Below, piece after piece: positions 51,785 through 64,000 of a DNA stretch of 64,000 nt. Every line of letters starts with the position of its first letter. Within the stretch, counting starts at the first letter, position 1. The DNA is from Geosiphon pyriformis uo1 (Eukaryota; Fungi; Glomeromycota). The position numbers were made by a program, and so were the translations under genes. The DNA lies in contig JAAOMT010000129.1 of assembly GCA_016748015.1 (NCBI GenBank), positions 867,914 through 931,913 on the forward strand. The letters run 5' to 3'. Below the pieces are notes generated by a model. That model had not been told where the DNA came from, did no database searches, and saw only the letters and a list, made by a program, of their open reading frames with translations.

Positions 51785-52206
51785 TCTAATTTATCATGAT
51801 AAGATAGGAATTAATAATAATTTTTTATAATAGTTTGAAATAATTAAAAAAGTGTATAAAATTTTATGTATTATTGTTATTAAGACTTTTTTAATAAATG
51901 TTTTTTTTAATAATTTATTTCAAATGCAAAAAAAACAGATTTTGTAAATATCAAGATAAAATTATTTATTTTCTTAGTTATTTTAATTTTTGAATGATTA
52001 TAATCAATTATGTTTTTTTGATATATATATATTATATTGTCATGATTTAATGATAAAATAAGATTTTTTTATTAATAGAGCAATTTTTATGTTCTTTAAC
52101 AAAAAAAAATGTGTATAAATAATATAATTTTAAAAATAAATAAATACTTGAATGTGATAACAATGCTACGGAGCTATTTTTGAATAAAATTTTTTGGAAA
52201 GTAGCG

Positions 52207-52233
52207 ATGATGATGATGATGATGATGATGATG
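52207..52233. repeat. (GAT)n microsatellite
   Basis: Visible. Confidence 0.9.
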
Positions 52234-52533
52234 GGAAAGAAGGATCTATCCAACTAAAAAAAGGGATTAGACTTTCTTTCTTAAAAAGAGACAAAGAACA
52301 ATGAAATGAACAAGTTTTTTAACTCATTTTTTAAAAAATACTCATCGATTAGATTAGACAAGCTCCGTCTAAAATTTTTTGAATGGGCATAGCTAAAAAG
52401 TGTGACAAAATATATTTTTGAGACCGTTATGCGGAATTAAGGAAAAAACGAAGAACGGAATAAATAATTTTACGTAAACATCAGATTATTGGAATAGATA
52501 ACTTAAGAATAACGATTAGAAAACGAGAAAAAT

Positions 52534-52662
<129 letters not shown>

Positions 52663-53061
52663 AAGAATAAGAATAAGAATAACAAAAAGAATAACAACAG
52701 AATTCTGTTATATATCCACAAGAAGTGATGGAATTAATAATGTTGATAATAATGATGATGAACTTAAAACTTTATAATGCTTCCTAATATTATAAATGAA
52801 ATGGTTGATTGAGTTTCACAACAGAATAAAACGTTCAATGTTGCCCGCATCAAAAATGAATTGAAAATGAAAATTTACTTAAAATTATTTAAATGGCATT
52901 CCTGGTAATTATGAATTTGTCCTGTTGATAGAAATTTCACAAATAATTAGTGCAATTATGTCTTCATTTCACCCGTAATCCAACTCATTTATTATTTATT
53001 AGGAAAAACCATTAAAAAAAGTAAACTGTCTCATTCCTTTATTTTTTTCTTCAATAAGTGT

Positions 53062-53072
53062 TAATTAGTTAA

Positions 53073-53126
<54 letters not shown>

Positions 53127-53142
53127 GGTTGGTTGGTTGGTT
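53062..53142. repeat. (TTAG)n grading into (TTGG)n
   Basis: Visible. Confidence 0.9.
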
Positions 53143-53368
53143 CGTGTATTCAGTCTTCAAAGTACATGTATAAAACTGAGTACAAAGCACAAAAAAATTA
53201 TCGAAAAATAAAATGCGGTCTCCTATTCACAAACTTTCTATGCACAAATTGTTGAAAGAGGTGCATTTTAAGAACAAAGTTGAATTTTTAGTGACGTCAT
53301 AAATTCAACTTTCCAAAAAAAAAATTATTATTACTCTTCAGTATAATAATAATAATTTTTCAAGTTAC

Positions 53369-53950
53369 TTAAACAACTTTAGGAGCTAAACTAATTACTT
53401 TACCCCATTTTTTACCCCTTAATTCAGAAGCAACCACACCTAATACCCTTGTACCTAATGGTTCCAATTTATTGTTTAAAAGTACGCAAGCATTATCATC
53501 AAACCGAATGTAACGACCATCTGGTCTTCTTGTCAAGTTACGTGTTCTTACAATTAATGCCTTTCTTACTTCCCCTCTACGAATCGCAACTTTAGCAGCG
53601 GTTGTGGTACCAGTCGAAGAAGAGGCGTTTGGTGCTGTATTAATTGGACGTGCTTTTTTTATCACCACTGTGATTTGATCTCCTATTATTTCATATAAAA
53701 AAAAATGGTCAACAGCTTTGAGAAAGGGTGAAAGGTTGAAAGGTTGAAAGGAAGAAAGGGAGGGAGGGAGGGAGGGAGAGAGAGATAGAGGGATAGAGGG
53801 AGTTTTTTCTCAAATAAATTTTTTTTTTCAAAAAAGACTGATCGACCGACCTATATATCCATATGTTCCTTTATGAGCTACTCGTATACATTCTGCCAAG
53901 AGGGCTCCCGTGTTATCAATCACATTGAGTATCGTTTTTAGTTGTATCAT
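53369..53950 (-). CDS. MRPL38: Mitochondrial ribosomal protein uL14m, 2 exons
   Basis: MIQLKTILNVIDNTGA...|GDQITVVIKKARP...IVRT...RPDGRYIRFDDNACVLLN...GTRVLG...KVISLAP; GT-AG intron ~53684-53850. Confidence 0.92.
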
Positions 53951-54615
53951 GATTGTGAGAAGCCGGTTTTTGATGGTTTCCTTCGTAACAACAATTTTTA
54001 AGAAAGCATATGATGATAATCATGACATCAGATAATCAATTGTTAAATGGCATAAAAATTAAAATTACCATTTATATAACAATGTGAAATGCAAAACATT
54101 AAAAAAATGTTAACAATAACAAATAAAATTCAAAATACAAAAAATATTTCCCATAAAATAAAATATTTTCAATTTTTGGTTTAATATTAATAATAATTAA
54201 TTAATTATCTATGTTATAAATTAAAAAAAATTTGAATAAATAAATATATATATATAATGGTGGCTGGTCACGTGCAAACAAAGCATGAACTGCGTCTGTT
54301 ATAAACTAATAAAAATATATATATATATACATAATTTTAACCATTCTTTAATAAGTAACATTCATATTTCAAAAAACATTATTAAAAAATTAATAAAATT
54401 CTTATTTCTTAACAAATAAAAAAAAAAATTTAAAAAATTTTAACCTTAAAAGTTGCCAGATTATCTATCAGATCTCCTAGATAGTACTATTTGGTAATTT
54501 ATGACATAATAATTGTTCAACCCCTAAAGAAAAGTTTTTACTCAAACAACCCCTCCGGCACTTTTCAACATTATCTTCACTTAAAACCAATACATATTTA
54601 TATCTTTCTTACAAG

Positions 54616-56763
54616 ATGAGTAAGTGAGTATCACTCTAAATTTATTTCTTTTCTTTAATAAAAGAAATGGCCTTCCTTGCTTTGTTCCTCAAGAAATTAA
54701 TTTAGGCTAAAGCAAGGTTTGCTATTGGGACTCCCTTAATTTGTTTAATTTTTTGATCGAGCTTTTAAAGTATTGAGTTCTTTTCAAAAAGTCCTTCCTC
54801 AGTCTTCATGTTTTTGCAACCTCACAATAAGGAGAAAAATGAGTTGTTGATGTTGATGATAATGCCTCATTGCAGTTTCCACGGTGATTAAGAAAAGGGT
54901 CCCCAATAAAAATTATAATTGGTTCAAACTCGTTCAAAGGATATCGATTTTATCTTAAAGTCGAATAAATTCTAGTTTCCTTCAAACTCTTCTGAACCAA
55001 TAAATTTGATCTAATATTGTTGTCTTTCATTATATAACAAAATAGAACTGAGGATGGCGATTTCAACGATATTCCTGAAGGAGAAATCGAGGTAATTGTT
55101 CGAATGAAAATTTTAATCATGTTTTCACCATCATGATTCTTATATATATCGAACGAAAAACTTGCGCTGGATTATATGAATTGTCACATCACGCTTAGTC
55201 TAATTGGGAAGAAGTTGTTGATAATTTCGACAACATGAATTTAAAGTCTGAATTGCTTCGTGGTATTTACGCATATGGGTATGTTTTCTTGTCATACAAC
55301 AATATTTTTCAAAGGATTTTGACTCTGAAAAAAAATTTAAAATCATATCTCTTTACCCCTTTACCCCTTACCTTAATCCCTTCCCCTTCCCTTCTTCCTA
55401 CCAGCTTTGAAAAACCATCTGCAATTCAACAGCGGGCTATTCTTCCCGTCATTAAATCACATGATGTAATAGCTCAAGCTCAATCTGGAACTGGGAAAAC
55501 GGCTACATTTTCCATTTCTATCCTTCAAAAGCTTGACATGTCCATTAACCAATGCCAAGCCCTAGTCCTTGCACCTACTCGTGAATTAGCGCAACAGATT
55601 CAAAAGGTTGTAATTGCTCTTGGTGACTTCATGAATGTTGAATGTTTTGCTTCAATCGGCGGCACGAATGTTCGTGAAGGAATCAAGAAACTTGAAGCTG
55701 GTGCTCATGTAGTGGTTGGCACCCCTGGCCGAGTCTACGATATGATAAATCGACGTGCTCTGAAAACAGATCACATCAAGATGTTTGTGCTTGATGAGGC
55801 AGATGAGATGTTGTCTCGTGGTTTTAAAGAGCAAATATACGATGTGTTTCAACTTTTACCCCCAAGCACTCAAGTTGTCTTATTGTCGGCTACGATGCCA
55901 GCAGATGTATTGGAAGTCACCACTAAATTTATGCGTGAACCTGTTAGAATTCTCGTTAAGCGCGACGAGTTGACGTTGGAAGGTATTAAGGCAAGTGTTT
56001 CCTTCCTTCCTTCCTTCCTTTTTATTAAGTCCATATTTCTTTTCTAAACTAATATGTCTTATACTCTTAAATGATTTTACAACAGCAATTTTATATTGCT
56101 GTAGAAAAAGAAGATTGGAAGCTTGATACCTTGTGTGATTTGTACGAAACAGTTACCATTACACAAGCTGTCATTTTTTGCAACACTCGAAGAAAGGTCG
56201 ATTGGCTCACGGATAAATTACATGCCCGTGAATTCACTGTATCTGCCATGCACGGTGATATGGATCAAACCCAACGCGATGTTATTATGAAAGAATTCCG
56301 TTCAGGTTCTTCCCGAGTATTGATTACAACAGATCTATTAGCCCGTGGTATTGATGTTCAACAAGTTTCATTGGTAATATGAAAACACTATTTCTTCCTC
56401 AAAAAATTTCTAAAATACATACCAGCCTATTAGACTTTGAGATCTATTTTCATAATTTTTAACAATAATCTTTTCTTTTTCAAAATAGGTTATTAACTAT
56501 GATCTTCCTACCAATCGTGAAAATTATATTCATCGAATCGGTAGAGGTGGTCGTTTTGGGAGGAAGGGTGTTGCCATTAATTTTGTCACGAGTGATGATG
56601 TTCGAATGCTTCGTGATATTGGTATTATTCCGTTTTAGTGATCTTTTGATTTCTTCATATTATCTCTTTTTTCTAATACTATAAAATTTACATTCCTCCT
56701 ACAGAACAATTTTACAACACGCAGATTGACGAGATGCCAATGAATGTGGCTGACCTCATTTGA
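54616..56763 (+). CDS. TIF1: Translation initiation factor eIF4A (DEAD-box helicase), 7 exons
   Basis: [52 protein letters not shown]-terminus [10 protein letters not shown]; one GC-AG intron. Confidence 0.97.
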
Positions 56764-57096
56764 AAAAAAATACCATTCCCGTCTTTATCTTTTATTTCCA
56801 TAAACAACCTATTCCGCGCAATTATTCATATACATTAAAAAAGTAAATCTCTCCTACCTATAAAATAAACATCTGCTTCAAAATATTTTAGCAGAAAATC
56901 TCGACTATTTGGCAAAAGATATATCATTTTCATTTTCTTTAGAGCTTTAGTTTAATTCGAAACCTGTAGAAAGAGAATATCATCTTTTTTTTTCACTTGC
57001 TTTTTTTAACAATTTACTATAAAAAAAAAGCAAATGAACTGGTTTTTAACTCGGTTTACGATAGATCCGTGAGGCTCGACCTGTAATATTACTATG

Positions 57097-57097
<1 letters not shown>

Positions 57098-57143
<46 letters not shown>
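57098..57143. repeat. (ATT)n microsatellite
   Basis: Visible. Confidence 0.9.
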
Positions 57144-57344
57144 CGTTTATTATATGTTATTGCTGTTCATAAGAAATACCTTTTTTTTCACTTTAGTATT
57201 TTCGAAAATAGATCCATTCTTGTAGATCTCGAACTTTGTAGATTCAGGAAAACTTTAATTTTGTTTTATGTAATTAATTAATATATTATTAATTTTAATA
57301 GAATTGAATACACAAATTTATATATTTATAACAAAATGTTTATT

Positions 57345-57960
57345 ATGTTTTAACAAAATAAGACCCAATTATTATTTAATACAATACAATTTACCAAGAG
57401 TTTTAAATTAAATATGAATTATATGTTTTTTACATATAACCAACTATTTAAATCAGTCAAAACACAAATTAAGCTAAATTAAAAAAAAAACAGAAATAAA
57501 TTTAACTTACTAAGTTTATCTATTTTTAATATTAAGACTACTTATTTGCTATAGTATTATTAAATATTTAATGATTAAGTTATTTAAAAAAATATTACAA
57601 TAGTATTTATATTATTTTTATTTATTTAATCAAACTTATTTTATCTTTAAGACTAATTAAAATATTAACAAAATTACTAAGAATATATTTTATAATAACC
57701 AAATTTTTTTTATCTTAAGATTTTTACATGTATTTTCAGCCAAAAAAAACAATCAAAATAACCAAAAAACCAATTAATTTAATAACAAACTTAATTAATA
57801 CAACCAAATTAGATATTTAAAATTCCAAAAAATTTAAGTTAGAATTGATTATAAAATCAGTAATAAATATTGCTAAAAATACAATAATAATAAAAATTAA
57901 TAATACAAAAGTTTAAGTATATAATTTAATATTTACAAAAAAAAAATTAAAAACTTAAAA
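57345..57960 (-). mobile_element. Ancient 3' fragment of an ORF1-only element (coiled-coil end, stop, tail)
   Basis: Minus-strand ttttttggaattttaaatatctaatttggttgtattaattaagtttgttattaaattaattggttttttggtt parallels 23028-23100; eroded tail 57345-57475 follows with no ORF2 in between. Confidence 0.6.
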
Positions 57961-58009
57961 CTATTTATAAATTTAAATAAAACTTAAAAAATAAAAATAT
58001 AAAAAAAAC

Positions 58010-61000
58010 TTCTTTCTTTCTTACTTCCACAAACCCTCAAAAAGCAATTTTCTGATAAAGAAGTTTTTTATTTTTCCTTGTTAGTATTTTACAATTTCTC
58101 TTTCTAATAACCCCTTTTTTGTGGACCTGGAGACTGCCTCTAGTAGCAACATGTTTAAAAAGAAGGCACCAAAGAATGCTTTTCATGGTCCTGCTGGTAA
58201 TTCCTTCTTGCAGAAAAAGAGAATTGTGCTTGGGAATGTCAAACACTTAGGTGATGAAAAAGATATTTCTCTGGACAGATCTGAGCTTGGTGACAGTATG
58301 TTCTCTGATGTGAATAGTGTGTCTGGTGATGAAGAAAGTACTAACATGATCAGCATTAATGTTGGGTCTTTTCTGAATTCAGCTGCAAATACTTCTAAAG
58401 CCAAGCATGTTAATACTGGTGCCATTTTCAGTTCACCTTTTGGTTCTTTTAATTTTGTCATAGATAATGATGAAAATGTTTCTCTTTCTTTTTGTCTTTC
58501 AATCTCTTTGGAAAAAAAATGGATTGACCCTAAAATTGTTAAGACTCAGGTTGAGGTGTCTGTCAAAAAATTTTTTACTCTTGATATCAATCTTAGTGCT
58601 GTAAAAGAAAATTTGACAACGGCAAAAACTCAGTTAATTAGAAAAATTTTTTCATCAGTCAATGGTTTTGGGGAGGCCACTATTCCCTCAAAATTTGAAG
58701 GGATCATCTGATCTACCTTCATTTTCAAAAAAAGCATGAATATGGCTGTGTCTTTGGCCAAAGAAAGAAAGATCATCATAAATACTGATCTCAAAAAATC
58801 AGGAGTGTGTTCAGATCGGACTGTAGTAATCAAAAAAATTCCCATAAATACATCAAAGGAAATGATCGTCGCTGCAGTTGCCGAATTTGGTGATATTAAA
58901 TCAATCAAGATTCAGTTAATTGGTATATGGCAGAAGACTGTGGTAGAATTCGCCAAATTGAGTTAAGCCGATCTGTTGGCATCAAGATGGTCATTCCTGA
59001 TCAAGAAAAACTCAGTGTGTGTGGCAAAAGCTGTGAAAGATCATGATATCTAGGCATCAAAGGACTGTTTTAGGGCACTTCTGTTTACCTTGCTAGTGGG
59101 AACAACTGTACACGATCTTGGTACTCTTTTGAATAGAGCTGGTGGTAAAACTTGTATCATCAATAGATCTTTGGACATTGGCAATAGGTTTCATTGTGCT
59201 GTGGTTGGCTTTGAATCTGAGAAGAATTTAGATTCAACATTTCACACTAAGCCTGTTTTTGGTGGTGTGCAGCTCTCATGGACTAGATTGGATTTGGTTC
59301 GGTGTAAGAAGTGTGGGCGTTTTGGGCATTCAGCTCTTAAGTGTGATACTCCAGTTGGTTCTATGCCATTGTCATCTTCGGTTAAGTCTTTTAAAAGTTT
59401 TGTTTCTGAGGAGAGGCGTCTCCAGCTGGCCAAGTTATATAAAAAAAAGGAGGTTCTTATCTCCTGCTCTGTTGTCTTTGGTGAAAAGTCCTGGGCCTAA
59501 GTGGTTTCAGTGGCTTCTTCCTTCTCTCGTGGTTTTCCTGCTGATTCCAGCTCAAATCTTCTTTCTTCTTCTTATCATGACATTGGTGATGTTTTTTCTT
59601 TGAATGAATGCTTAGCCTCTTTGGAATGCTCACTTGAGCTTCTTTTTGACCAAGTGTTTACTATTGTTAGACATCTTAATAGTGCTGAACTGGTATCTTT
59701 GGTGTCTTCCTCTTTTGTCTCTCCTCCTGATGCTTCTGCATCTTTGGCTTCGGGTTCAGACTTGGATATGGTTTTGGATGGCACTTCAATACTGTCTGCT
59801 CTCTCTTCTTCTATTGCTGATGTTGGTGTGCATGTTCTCAGTTTTAGTAGCTCCAGGATTTTTACTGGCAAAGTGGGTGGCTTGGAGTCTAAGTTGGCAT
59901 CTTTGGAGGCTTTTATTGGTTCAGTGTTAACACGTTTGAATGACTTGTGCTCTAGTTCGGGTGCTCCTTCACATTTTTTCTCCAAATGAATAACCTAGTT
60001 TGGAAGTTTGCTATGTGTAATGTTCAGAGTCTCAATGTTCCAGCCAAACAGGCGGACATTGTTCATTGGCATGTAAGCTCTGGGAGTATGGTTTCTTTTG
60101 TTACTGAGACAAAGTTGAGGTCTTTCTCTGGGTCATGGATCAAGAATGAATTTAAGGGGGTTCAGATTTTTACTTCTGGTTTGGATGTTGGTTATCTCAG
60201 TGCTGGTGTTGCTGTGATCATGAACAATTCTTTGACTCACCATGTTTCTAAAGTTGAGGTGGTCCTTGGTCATGTTATCTCAGTGCATCTTCTGTTTAAA
60301 GGCAAGCTTTCGGTAACTGTGCTTGGTTTGTATGCTGGTGTCTCTTCTGGTGTTTGTTTTGGGCAGACGTCTGAAGTTAATTCTCTCATTGCTAAGGCTG
60401 TTAATACCAGCAATTTTGTTGTTTTGGGTGGGAATTTTAATAAAAATGGGTCTGGAAGGAGTGCAAATTTTAGGTTTTGCCTAGGTCTTGGTCTGGTCAA
60501 TTTGTTTGCTGGCCATCAGTTGGCATTGACTCCTATGTAGTACAACTCGAGAGAGATCAAAAAAACTATTGATTATATTTTAGTTAATGAGAGTCTGTCA
60601 TCCACTGTTGCTAAGCATTAGATCGGATCAGTTTTGGATTTTTTTGACATGAATTATAGTGCTGTCATGGTGTCAGTTGGTCTGGGTGGGCTTTTGGATG
60701 TTCAGTTAAATAGCTTGCGCAGGCAGGCTAACAGAGATCATTGGAAGTTCAAGATTAAGGATGTGGATGTATCCAAGTGGGATAAGTTTAGGGATTGTGT
60801 TTCAGCAAGGCTTCTGTTAATCAAAGGCATCTTCGCTGATGCCAAAGCTGGTGGTAATTTGGATACTATGTGGGCAATTTTGGAAAAGGAGATGGTTGAG
60901 TTTGTTGATGAGATTTTTTCCAGACTGTGGTTTAGTAAATTTTGTTGCTCTAGGAACAAACATTCTTCGAAGTTCTTTGGGTTGGAGTTGCTTATCACAA

Positions 61001-63904
61001 AGATTTTTTGGTGCGGTCTGCTCTGGCAACATGCTTGAAGTTGTCCGTCTCATAAAAAAATGGTCCACTTTGGATGAGAACAAAGCTTGCACATTCTTTA
61101 ATTTGGTTAGATTGGGTAAGGATAGTGGGGTTCTTCTTAAACATCTGTCTTCATTTCGCAAAGAATACAGAAAATCAAAAATGTTTGAATTAAAGCTAGC
61201 TGAAGAGGCTTCTGTTAGAAAAGCTATAGAAAAATGCATGGAGAGTTTCACTTCTAATAAAAGAGGCATGATCAGAAGTATTTTAAACTGGTCTTTTCAC
61301 AAGGTGGTACTTGATCATTTGGTAATTGATGGAGGCTTGGTTCTGAAACCTGGAGAGGTAAAGTCTAAAGTGGATAAGGTCATGATGGGATGGACAAGGA
61401 AGTGGGTGATACCTATAGTGATGCCTGATCTCTGGGCTCGCCAATATGTGTCTTTGGATTATGTGTGAAATGATGCTTTTTCTGGGGTAATATGTAATAT
61501 CAGTTTGGATGAGCTGCTCTTAGTAGTTAATGATCTTTTTGATGACAAGGCTGTTGGCTTGTCTGGCATTTCTAATGAATTGTGGAAACATGGTGGTGAT
61601 GTGATATTGGGTTGTCTTCTGGAGCTGTTGAATACATGTGTAATTGTTGGTGAGGTGCCTACTTTATGGAAGAGAGTGTGGGTGTCGATAATTCCAAAGC
61701 CTTATGACTGGGATGGGGTTCTTACAAACACTCAGCCTATTGCATTAATCAAGACTGCCAGGAAAATTCTCTCTAAGATTCTCTCTGATAGAATTTCGTC
61801 TGCTTGCAGCAAATTTGGTGTTCTTTGTGGTGATAATTTCTTTTTTTAAAGGGTATGTCTACACTGTCTTTGGTTTTTGCTATCAGCTCAGTGGTTGAGA
61901 ATGCTTTGAAAAAGAATCGTGAACTTTGGCTGGTGTTACAAAATATGCATAAAGCATATGACTCAGTTGGATAACATCACTTGGAAGCGAGCTTGAAATG
62001 CATTAAGATGTGCAGCAAATTTATTAGTTTCTTTAGAGGCATACATAATAATAGAATTAATAGGGTCATGACAGATTTTGGTCTGTCAGATAGCTATTGT
62101 GTACACGATGATTTGGATCAAGGTAAGGTCTTCTCCCCCCTTTTCTAGAGGATCGTCTATGATCCACTCTTGTGTAAGATTAAAAGGCATGAACATTTGT
62201 GTGAATACAGGATTGATACTAATTTTGTGGCAAAAACTGGCAGAATTAAGAATAATGGTGGGATGTCATTCTTTTTTACTGCTGGTGCTTTTGTAGATGA
62301 TACGATTTGGGTGGAAGATTGCCAGACTTCCATGCAGTATGCTCTTAATATTGTCAGTGAATTTTTTTCAATCAATGATATTTCTATTAACAATGAGAAA
62401 ACAGTGGCTATTCTGATCAATCAGAGTGTCAAAGATTGCCTCTTTGAGTATTAGTGGTCAGTCAATCTCTATAGTGAAAAAGAGTGAAGCTCATAGATAC
62501 CTGGGAATTTTTTTGTCAACTGAGAGGTTGTCCAAATCTAGTTTGGCCAAGGTGCATTTGGATGTTTGTTTCTTTGTCAATGTTGTACTTAAGAAGGCTA
62601 TTACAGACAAGCAGTATTCTTATTTGGTTTCCGCTGTTTTGCAGCCAATTGTTAGCTACAAAATGCAGTTTAGTTTTGTTTCTTCTGGTGTATGCTGCAA
62701 GTGAGACGTTTTGGTTAGAAAAGGCTTCAGGTCTAAGGCATGCTTGTCTCGTGACTTCTCGAATAAGGCTTTGCATCATTCTTCTCTTTATGGCTTGAAG
62801 CCTTTTGACCAGGTACAATCTGAGAGTAAGGTGGCTGCAGTAATATCTTTTTCAAATGCTCTGGGCATTCTTGGTCAGTTGTTTTTTTATCGCTTCTTGG
62901 ATTTGCAGATTCTTGGGTGGACACTCTTAAATCTGTTGCAGTTCCTAGTTAAGCTGCTCATTAGTCCTATGAACAATTTTTTAGCTGGTGTGGTCAGAAT
63001 TTTTTTGGATTGTGAGCTGTCTTTGGTGGGCTTTCTACTTAGTGTATTTAGGGACCCTGGTAATTTTCTTATGTCTGAGATTTTGGGAAAATTCTTGTTT
63101 CTTAGTTGTGTTTGCTCTTTGAAGCATTTTGGAGTTGTCTTTGGTAACAGACTCCTTGACAAAAAAGATGCTGTGATGGATTGGAAGACTTTTTGTTGTT
63201 GAAAGAGACTTGATCCCAGGGGTTCTGTGCCTCACTGGTTCAATATCACATCAAGGTTTTTGCTGAATAGGAGTTCAGTGCTACCTGCTGCTATTAAAGC
63301 TGGTAGTTTTTCAGGCTGTAGCATTTTGGATTCTGAACAGTTTGCTTTTGTGTGTAATGGTCTGCTTAAAGTTTGGTCTGACTCCTTTGATGTTTATACT
63401 GATGGTTTGTTGAAATTTGCTGGCTTCTCCAGTGTAATTAGCAAGGCCACTGCTTATTTTCCTGCTTTGGATTTAGGAGTTGGTATTGGCATTCATGGGC
63501 TTTTATCTTCAACTTTATCAGAATTGCAGGCTGTGGCTTTTGCTCTGGAATGCATTCCTCCCTCCTGCACAGTGGTTTTGCATCTCGACAGCCAAGCTAC
63601 CATTGATGCGTGTGTGTCTGAATTAGCTTTTGCTGTTCCTGATTTTCACAATCATTGTTGGATCAAGAAAAAATATATTGCCAATTTGATTAAGAATAAA
63701 GATCTCGCTGTGAGTTGGGTTAAGGTTAAGAGTTATTCTGGGGTCTCTGGTAATAATAGAGTAGATACACTGGCTGGTGAGACTGCTGGCTCTTCTCTTT
63801 CTTTGCCGGCTGAGGTTTGTGAGTGTTTTTTGGTGGCCGAGAGTACTGTAATTTCAGGTAACACTCGTCACTTTGTCAGAGATGTTTATAGATCTATTTG
63901 TCAT
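58010..63904 (+). mobile_element. LINE copy D, interrupted at 63905 by an LTR-B insertion
   Basis: CT-rich 5' UTR, ORF1 from ATG 58151 to 59989 (CKKCGRFGHSALKC), ORF2 from 59986 (APE, RT AFVDDT, RNase H VYTDG). Confidence 0.95.
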
Positions 63905-64000
63905 TGTTACTCATAGAAATATAGGAAATATATTAGCATAATTATTAGCCAATCAGAAGTAGGTGTAGTAAATGTGGAATTCCAGGATTTTTCTTAAGAA
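63905..64000 (+). repeat. Start of an LTR of family B (runs off the window)
   Basis: TGTTACTCATAG...TAGCCAATCAGAAGTAGGTGTAGTAAA is a less-decayed reverse complement of the right ends of 14509-15336 and 15879-16623. Confidence 0.8.

Noticed and set aside
53062-53142. Interstitial telomere repeat
   Set aside because: The unit is the tetramer TTAG/TTGG, not TTAGGG; ordinary microsatellite

Overview
Eukaryotic, very AT-rich fungal DNA; intron style and TE families suggest Glomeromycotina (Geosiphon-like), which is an inference. The window has three zones. (1) 1-43.6 kb is a nested retroelement field. It holds the 3' half of a Ty3/Gypsy element carrying a dUTPase and an extra ORF, solo LTRs of two Gypsy LTR families, and several non-LTR (LINE) elements (ORF1 RRM+CCHC; ORF2 APE-RT-RNaseH-CCHC) at very different stages of C>T/G>A decay. 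(2) 44.4-57.2 kb is an island of four intact spliced host genes: STE11-like MAPKKK, RIM2-like mitochondrial carrier, mitochondrial uL14 and eIF4A. (3) 57.3-64 kb is retroelements again. The most notable observation is a family of ORF1-only (HAL1-like) non-autonomous retroposons, with four copies of different ages, one 5'-truncated with a 10-bp TSD. Their ORF1 stop is followed directly by the same ~120-nt structured 3' tail found on every autonomous LINE here whose 3' end lies in the window (about 10 tail copies). Also notable: conserved AUGA ORF1/ORF2 overlaps, RIP-like hypermutation confined to repeats, two strongly structured long introns in host genes, and three GC-AG introns. All alignments and folds were done by eye, so boundaries of decayed copies are approximate.
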